Assembly (NCBI GenBank): GCA_913043225.1
Contig: CAJWLU010000006.1
Coordinates: 115,698 to 179,697, forward strand
DNA: 64,000 nucleotides
Direction: 5' to 3'
From: an uncultured Acidobacteriota bacterium
GTDB lineage: Bacteria > Acidobacteriota > Vicinamibacteria > Vicinamibacterales > UBA8438
Positions within the stretch are counted from its first letter, which is position 1, and every line of letters starts with the position of its first letter. Made by a program: the position numbers and the translations under genes. Positions 59,138 through 64,000 of the stretch are shown here, one piece after another. The notes under the pieces were generated by a model. The model was not told where the DNA came from, searched no databases, and saw only the letters and a list, made by a program, of their open reading frames with translations.

Positions 59138-60148
59138 CTAGGGTGCGGCTGTGATCTCGATGGGAGCCGGGGTGAAGCACACAACGAACATAAAGAGTGC
59201 GAAAAGGGCGACCCAGAGGCGCGAGCGGTCGAGGGGAATATGATGATCGAGCGTTCGGGGATGTCGTGGGCCGAAGGTTACCAGCATCAGCGTCATGAGC
59301 GCCGCCCATAAGATCCAGCTCGTCGAATAGAACGCCAGCCCTACAACAATAACCGCGGTCGAGAGGGTGAGCAGCGTTGAGCGTGAGCCGAGTGCGGCGT
59401 AGGAAATGTGTCCGCCGTCGAGCTGCCCGATTGGAAATAGATTTAGCGCTGTCGCGATCAGGCCGAACCAGGCCGCGAACACCATAGGATGCTCATAGAG
59501 TTGGTAGCCCTCGACAAGCTCACTGCTCCAGCTTAGCCAAATGGCAAACTGATAGAGCAGGGGCTGTCCCAGATCAAGCTGGATGAACTCGTCAGGGATG
59601 GGGATTGTGCGAGTCGGCAAGACCAGAGACAGCGAGAGTCCGATAAAGAGCGCCGGGACCGCAACCGCGAACCCGGCAATAGGACCGGCCACCCCGATAT
59701 CGAACAGCATCCGTTTGGTTGGGATTGGCTCGCGGATACGAATAAAGGCTCCCAGCGTACCTGTCAGAAAGGGAGCGGGCAGGAAATATGGGATGGATGC
59801 GTCGACGCGATAGTATCGGCATGCATAGTAGTGGCCTAATTCATGGGCGCCGAGAATGGTTAGGATCGTGACGCTATACCAGAGCCCGTGCCACAGCGTG
59901 GTCGGTGCGGCGCCTGGTTCGAACGCGAGCGCGAAGCCTTCGTAGTGCAAAGCCCCAAAGAAGGTTGTGCTGCCGATGGTTAGGAGGAACAAGAGCAGAT
60001 TGAGCCACGGCCGACCGCGCCTTCGGGGGAGCATCGGGGTGGGGGTGAGCTCCGGCAGCGTTGGCGGAGAGCCAGTGAAAGGCTGCGCCCCGCCGCGGAC
60101 CTCGTGATACCAGGGAGGGATTGGCGCCGGCGAGCGGGAGTGATCCAA
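59138..60148 (-). CDS. Site-2 protease (M50)
   Basis: HELGH, GTLGAFI, NLFPIGQLDGG. Start uncertain (TTG 60148 assumed). Confidence 0.9.
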   Translation of the reverse strand: MDHSRSPAPIPPWYHEVRGGAQPFTGSPPTLPELTPTPMLPRRRGRPWLNLLLFLLTIGSTTFFGALHYEGFALAFEPGAAPTTLWHGLWYSVTILTILGAHELGHYYACRYYRVDASIPYFLPAPFLTGTLGAFIRIREPIPTKRMLFDIGVAGPIAGFAVAVPALFIGLSLSLVLPTRTIPIPDEFIQLDLGQPLLYQFAIWLSWSSELVEGYQLYEHPMVFAAWFGLIATALNLFPIGQLDGGHISYAALGSRSTLLTLSTAVIVVGLAFYSTSWILWAALMTLMLVTFGPRHPRTLDHHIPLDRSRLWVALFALFMFVVCFTPAPIEITAAP

Positions 60149-60161
60149 GACGGGGTGAGGG

Positions 60162-60434
60162 CTAGCCGCCGATGTTCTGGAGGTCCTTGCCCGGCTTAAA
60201 GCGGATGGTGCGGCCCGGTGGAATACGAACTTCTTTCCCGGTCCGAGGATTCCGGCCGATACCGCGCTTGCGTGGCTTGACCTGGAATACGCCGAAGCCG
60301 CGGAGCTCGATCCGTTCGCCACGCTGCATCGACATGCGCATGGCGTCGAAGACGGCATCCACCGCGATCTCCGCCTTCACCTTCGTGATATCAGCGAGCT
60401 TGGAGACTTCGTTCACGATGTCGACCTTGATCAT
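60162..60434 (-). CDS. HU/IHF family DNA-binding protein
   Basis: MIKVDIV...IELRGFGVF...GRNPRTG...FKPGK. Confidence 0.95.
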   Translation of the reverse strand: MIKVDIVNEVSKLADITKVKAEIAVDAVFDAMRMSMQRGERIELRGFGVFQVKPRKRGIGRNPRTGKEVRIPPGRTIRFKPGKDLQNIGG

Positions 60435-60525
60435 GCAATTAGGCTCCGGGCGTCGGTAAGCATCATAGGTACTGACACTTACGGCTGTCAACCCATCGAC
60501 GGCCTGCCACCCGAGACCCCAGCGC

Positions 60526-61875
60526 ATGCCTCGAACCTCCGCTTTAGCCTCCGGCCGGGTCGCCCTCGTGGGCCGACCTAACGTGGGCAAGTCAACTCTA
60601 TTCAACCGACTGACTGGCGGTCGGCGGGCGATTGTGACCGCGGTGGCCGGTACCACCCGCGACGTGCTGGAAGGTGAAGTGGAGTGGCAGGGGCGACGGT
60701 TCAGCCTGATTGATACTGGCGGCGTGGTGGGAGCAAGTGAGGACCCGATGCAGGAGGCCGTAGCTGCGCGGGGACGAAGGGCAGCCGATGGGGTCGACAT
60801 GGTGATCTTCGTAGTGGCCGGACCAGAAGGACCTGTACCGGCCGACGAGGAGATTGCGGCAGAGTTACGCACGCTTGGCGCGCCGGTACTGCTGGCGGTC
60901 AACAAGATGGACGATCGGCGGTCCGAAGGACACCTCGCCGAGTTTTTTCGGTTCGGACTCGAACCGCTAGTGGAGATCGCGGCTGAACACGGGCAAGGCG
61001 TTGGGGATCTACTCGACCTGGTCGTCGCCCAGCTCCCAACGGGTTCCACCTGCGCCTTGCCTGGGCCGGAGCCTGAGGCGCCCAAAATTGCAGTGGTGGG
61101 ACGCCCCAATGTCGGGAAGTCGTCTCTCGTTAATCGGTTGCTGGGTCAAGACCGTGTCATGGTGAGCAGCACCCCCGGGACCACGCGGGATGCGATCGAA
61201 GACACGCTCCGCTGGCATCGTCAGCAGTTTCGTCTCGTGGATACCGCGGGCATTCGCCGCCCAGGTCGCGTGTCGCGGGGCGGGAAGGTCGAGTCTGTCA
61301 GCGTGGTACGCGCGCGGCACGCGATGGAGGAGGCTGACGTCGCAGTGCTCGTTGTCGATGCAGCCGGCGGAACTGGAAAGCGCGACGCCGCTATCGCGGG
61401 AGAGGCCGAGAAGGCCGGTTGCGGTGTCGTCCTGGCAGCCAACAAGTGGGACCTTGTCAAAGGACGGGGACCTGAGTTTGTCAAGGAATTCGACCGCAAG
61501 CTCAGGGATGTCTTGAAATTTGTCGAGTACGCGCCGATCGTCCATCTTTCGGCGCTAACCGGCGAACGGGCTCACAAGGTGCTGCAGTTGATTGACGAGG
61601 TGGGACAGGCCCGGCGTACGAAAGTAACCACGGCGGCACTCAATAAGGTCATCGAGCGCTCCACGGCGCGGCAGGCTCCGTCTGGGGCGCGAAAGGGGAC
61701 CATCCGCGTGCGTTACGCCGTGCAAAGTGGAATCGCCCCTCCGACCTTTACCTTGTTCACCAGTCGGGGCGAACGCCTCCACTTCTCCTACGAACGGTAT
61801 CTGCGAAAACAGTTGCGCGCGGCGTTCGGATTTCTCGGATCTCCGATCCGGCTTAAGGTACGCGGGCGGCGGTGA
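60526..61875 (+). CDS. der: Ribosome biogenesis GTPase Der
   Basis: Two GRPNVGKS G-domains, DTGG/DTAG, NKxD, C-terminal PPTF. Confidence 0.96.
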   Translation: MPRTSALASGRVALVGRPNVGKSTLFNRLTGGRRAIVTAVAGTTRDVLEGEVEWQGRRFSLIDTGGVVGASEDPMQEAVAARGRRAADGVDMVIFVVAGPEGPVPADEEIAAELRTLGAPVLLAVNKMDDRRSEGHLAEFFRFGLEPLVEIAAEHGQGVGDLLDLVVAQLPTGSTCALPGPEPEAPKIAVVGRPNVGKSSLVNRLLGQDRVMVSSTPGTTRDAIEDTLRWHRQQFRLVDTAGIRRPGRVSRGGKVESVSVVRARHAMEEADVAVLVVDAAGGTGKRDAAIAGEAEKAGCGVVLAANKWDLVKGRGPEFVKEFDRKLRDVLKFVEYAPIVHLSALTGERAHKVLQLIDEVGQARRTKVTTAALNKVIERSTARQAPSGARKGTIRVRYAVQSGIAPPTFTLFTSRGERLHFSYERYLRKQLRAAFGFLGSPIRLKVRGRR

Positions 61876-61917
61876 GCCGGAGACGGAGTGTATACTGAGG
61901 CGGTTCAAATCCCGGCG

Positions 61918-62361
61918 ATGGCGACAGAAGTCAAGATTCCAGACCGCGCGGTATTCAAGTCCGCTGAGGTCTGCACCATCGCTGAACTGCAACCCTACGT
62001 GCTGCGTTCCTGGGAATCCGAGTTTCCCGATTTAGGTGTTCAGAGGAAGGGGAGTCGGGCGCGGGTTTATAGACGCGGAGATCTGGAGCAGGTGCTCCGA
62101 ATCAAGGCGCTGATCCTGGATGAAGGACTAACGCTGGGCGCGGCGCGTCGCAAGCTACTCAACGAACGACCGGACGGCGAGACAGCCGTCGAGCAGCAGG
62201 AGTTCGACGATCTGATCGGTGCCGACACCATAACCCGTCTGGAGGGAGTCAAGACCGGGCTAAAAGAGCTCTTGGCACTGCTCGACAGCGGACGGAAACC
62301 GGAGACAGAGGTGACAGAGCAACCCGCCCGTCGGGTCCGTAAGCGAGAGTCCAAGAAGTAG
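61918..62361 (+). CDS. MerR family transcriptional regulator
   Basis: YVLRSWESEFP...RVYRR...GLTLGAAR; usual position before tRNA-Pro. Confidence 0.9.
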   Translation: MATEVKIPDRAVFKSAEVCTIAELQPYVLRSWESEFPDLGVQRKGSRARVYRRGDLEQVLRIKALILDEGLTLGAARRKLLNERPDGETAVEQQEFDDLIGADTITRLEGVKTGLKELLALLDSGRKPETEVTEQPARRVRKRESKK

Positions 62362-62369
62362 GCGTGCGT

Positions 62370-62446
62370 CGGGATGTGGCGCAGTCTGGTAGCGCACCTG
62401 ACTGGGGGTCAGGGGGTCGCTGGTTCAAATCCAGTCATCCCGACCA
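62370..62446 (+). tRNA. tRNA-Pro (anticodon GGG)
   Basis: CGGGATG TGGCGCAG...CT-GGG-GG...GGTTCAAATCC...CATCCCGACCA. Confidence 0.96.
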
Positions 62447-62454
62447 ATAAAGGT

Positions 62455-62494
62455 AGGGGTCAACTGCACATCGCGGTTGGCCCTTTGTTCTTGT
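62455..62494 (+). terminator. Probable intrinsic terminator after tRNA-Pro
   Basis: aggggtcaactgc / gcggttggccctt stem followed by a T-rich run. Confidence 0.6.
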
Positions 62495-62640
62495 CTGGCA
62501 CTTTGTGGCCGGTTTGTGGCCATTCTGCCTCGGCTGAGCACGGCAAGGACACTTCGTTGTAACGACCACACCGCGGGACCCGATGGTCGGTTCTCTCGGA
62601 CGCGCACACGGGGTATTAGTCCCCTTCACCAGGACAAACA

Positions 62641-62844
62641 ATGGCAAACGGTACGATCAAGCGGTTGGTAAGCGACAAGGGTTTCGGATTCGTGGCGGCG
62701 GACGGGGAGGAGACCGAGTACTTCTTCCACCAGTCTGCCTGCAACGGCATCCGCTTCGACGAGCTCCACGAAGGACAGACGGTGACGTTTGACCCCAGCC
62801 AGGGACCGAAGGGTCCGCGAGCTGAGAACGTCCGACTCCCATAG
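62641..62844 (+). CDS. Cold-shock protein
   Basis: GTIK...DKGFGFV...FFHQS...GPKGPRAENV. Confidence 0.95.
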   Translation: MANGTIKRLVSDKGFGFVAADGEETEYFFHQSACNGIRFDELHEGQTVTFDPSQGPKGPRAENVRLP

Positions 62845-63010
62845 GCCAGGTCGGCGCACAGCCGACTTGTGACGGTTCCGGAGGGCTGGGGAACACTCCC
62901 CGGCCCTCGCACGGCCAGCTTGAGTCGAGCGTGACCTCGGCTGGGCGTGGTCGTCTGAGTTCAGGCGCTCGTCAGCGGCAGCCTCGTCGCGACGCGTCTG
63001 TCTTGACTGT

Positions 63011-63086
63011 AGGCCGCTAGCTCAACTGGCAGATCAGCTGACTCTTGATCAGCGGATTCGGGGTCCGAGTCCCTGGCGGCTCACCA
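63011..63086 (+). pseudogene. Degenerate tRNA-Lys (anticodon CTT)
   Basis: Full 76-nt cloverleaf with CCA, but A1:C72 mismatch, D-stem mismatch (GCTC/GATC), G37 and TCCGA instead of TTCGA. Confidence 0.8.
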
Positions 63087-63108
63087 CTTTTCTTCAATAA
63101 AACCGGCC

Positions 63109-63479
63109 ATCGGTGAGTTACAGGCCTTGGCGAATGGAGGCAGTGCTCCCGCACAGGCCCAACTTGGGTTCATGTACTCGAGCGGCCTCGGGGTATCGGA
63201 GGACCACGCCGAAGCAGTGCGCTGGTCTCGCCTGGCGGCGGACCAAGGACTAGCCCGCGCGCAACACAACCTCGGGGTTCATTATCGCGACGGCCTCGGG
63301 GTCCCGCAGGACGACGTGCAGGTCCACATGTGGTCCAATCTCGCGGCCTCACGATTGACCGGTGATGATCGGGAGACGGCCGCCGAGTTACGCGACCGCG
63401 TTAGAGCAGGATGACGCCCGAGCAGGTCGCCGAAACGCAGCGCCTTGTCCGTGAGTGGGACGAGGCGCACCCTCGGTAG
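63109..63479 (+). pseudogene. 5'-truncated, frameshifted Sel1-repeat protein
   Basis: IGELQALANGGSAPAQAQLGFMYSSGLGV...AADQG.ARAQHNLG...GVPQDDV...AELRDRVRA, frameshift, MTPEQVAETQRLVREWDEAHPR-stop. Confidence 0.85.
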
Positions 63480-63678
63480 GAGCGGCGTCTGCTCTCAGGT
63501 TATTTTCTCTTTGAGAGGTTTCTATGGCCATTAGGTTCGCCTTTCTGCGCTCAACTAAGGACGCCGGCGTTGGGATGCCTGGAAAGACCTAGGCCAACCA
63601 GATCGAGACACCAAGGTCACTCCTCGTGCGACGGAGAGACCGCGCTGTCCAGCTTAGCGTCCGTGAAGGATGTCCGGA

Positions 63679-64000
63679 CTACGGTTCCGGGCTCAGCTCG
63701 AGTTCGGACCCGGGACGGATGCGCCCGGTTTCATCCCGGATGTCGGTCCGGAGGGTCGGCGCATCCGGACCACCCACGCCGATCCGCACCGTCCCGAAGT
63801 TGAAGATATCCCCCTCTGCGTAGAGCACAACCGGGTGTAACGTCGGATCGAGCTCAGAGGGCGCCGCCCGGCGAACCGCGCTCAGCGGCCCGCTGACCAG
63901 CTCGTGGAACAGGAGCAGGTCGCCGTCGCCATCGAAGTCCTGCTCGTAGCGGAACTGCGACGCGAAGTGGACGTCGGTGGCGATGAATACGACGTTGGCG
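63679..64000 (-). CDS. Alkaline phosphatase D (PhoD)-like protein, 3' part only
   Basis: NVVFIATDVHFA...HELVSGPLSA...FNFGTV; stop at 63679-63681; runs off the window. Confidence 0.75.
   Translation of the reverse strand, partial: ANVVFIATDVHFASQFRYEQDFDGDGDLLLFHELVSGPLSAVRRAAPSELDPTLHPVVLYAEGDIFNFGTVRIGVGGPDAPTLRTDIRDETGRIRPGSELELSPEP

Noticed and set aside
60435..61109. Long N-terminal extension on the HU ORF (and on the M50 ORF to 60358)
   Set aside because: Overlaps der/HU; recognisable homology starts at 60434 and near 60148.
1..64000. CRISPR array, intact transposase/integrase, rRNA
   Set aside because: No regularly spaced repeat-spacer array, recombinase/transposase motifs or rRNA-like sequence seen.

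Overview
GC-rich bacterial chromosome segment, probably Acidobacteriota/Vicinamibacteria (inferred from Acidobacterial-type VWA proteins, a 'WGAPDLQGVW...YACHEGN' secreted protein, and 'NWFEELKRLVP' and 'EAQRLAREWDEAHPR' C-termini). About 1-14.6 kb is an accessory periplasmic-redox region downstream of tRNA-Glu(UUC). It holds two PQQ-type sugar dehydrogenases, a diheme/beta-propeller protein and a TTQ amine dehydrogenase cluster (mauB-E-D-A, cytochrome c, mauG). One exact and two degenerate copies of the tRNA-Glu 3' end cut it into modules. MauA, MauG and the cytochrome each deviate at residues considered important in characterised systems. About 14.7-21 kb has membrane/VWA genes, Sel1-repeat pseudogenes, tRNA-Lys(UUU) and a candidate structured RNA. 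About 21-62 kb is mostly core: hemE/hemY, trxB, mnmA, iscS, glpX, tsaC, a polysaccharide cluster, ugd, galE, msbA-like, yicC, gmk, coaBC, UDG, priA, HU, der and MerR, with decayed glgA and response-regulator relics. The right end has tRNA-Pro(GGG), a cold-shock gene, a degenerate tRNA-Lys(CUU) sharing a 31-nt trailer with the other tRNA-Lys, another Sel1 pseudogene and a partial PhoD-like gene. All calls are by motif recognition and manual alignment; no database searches were run.
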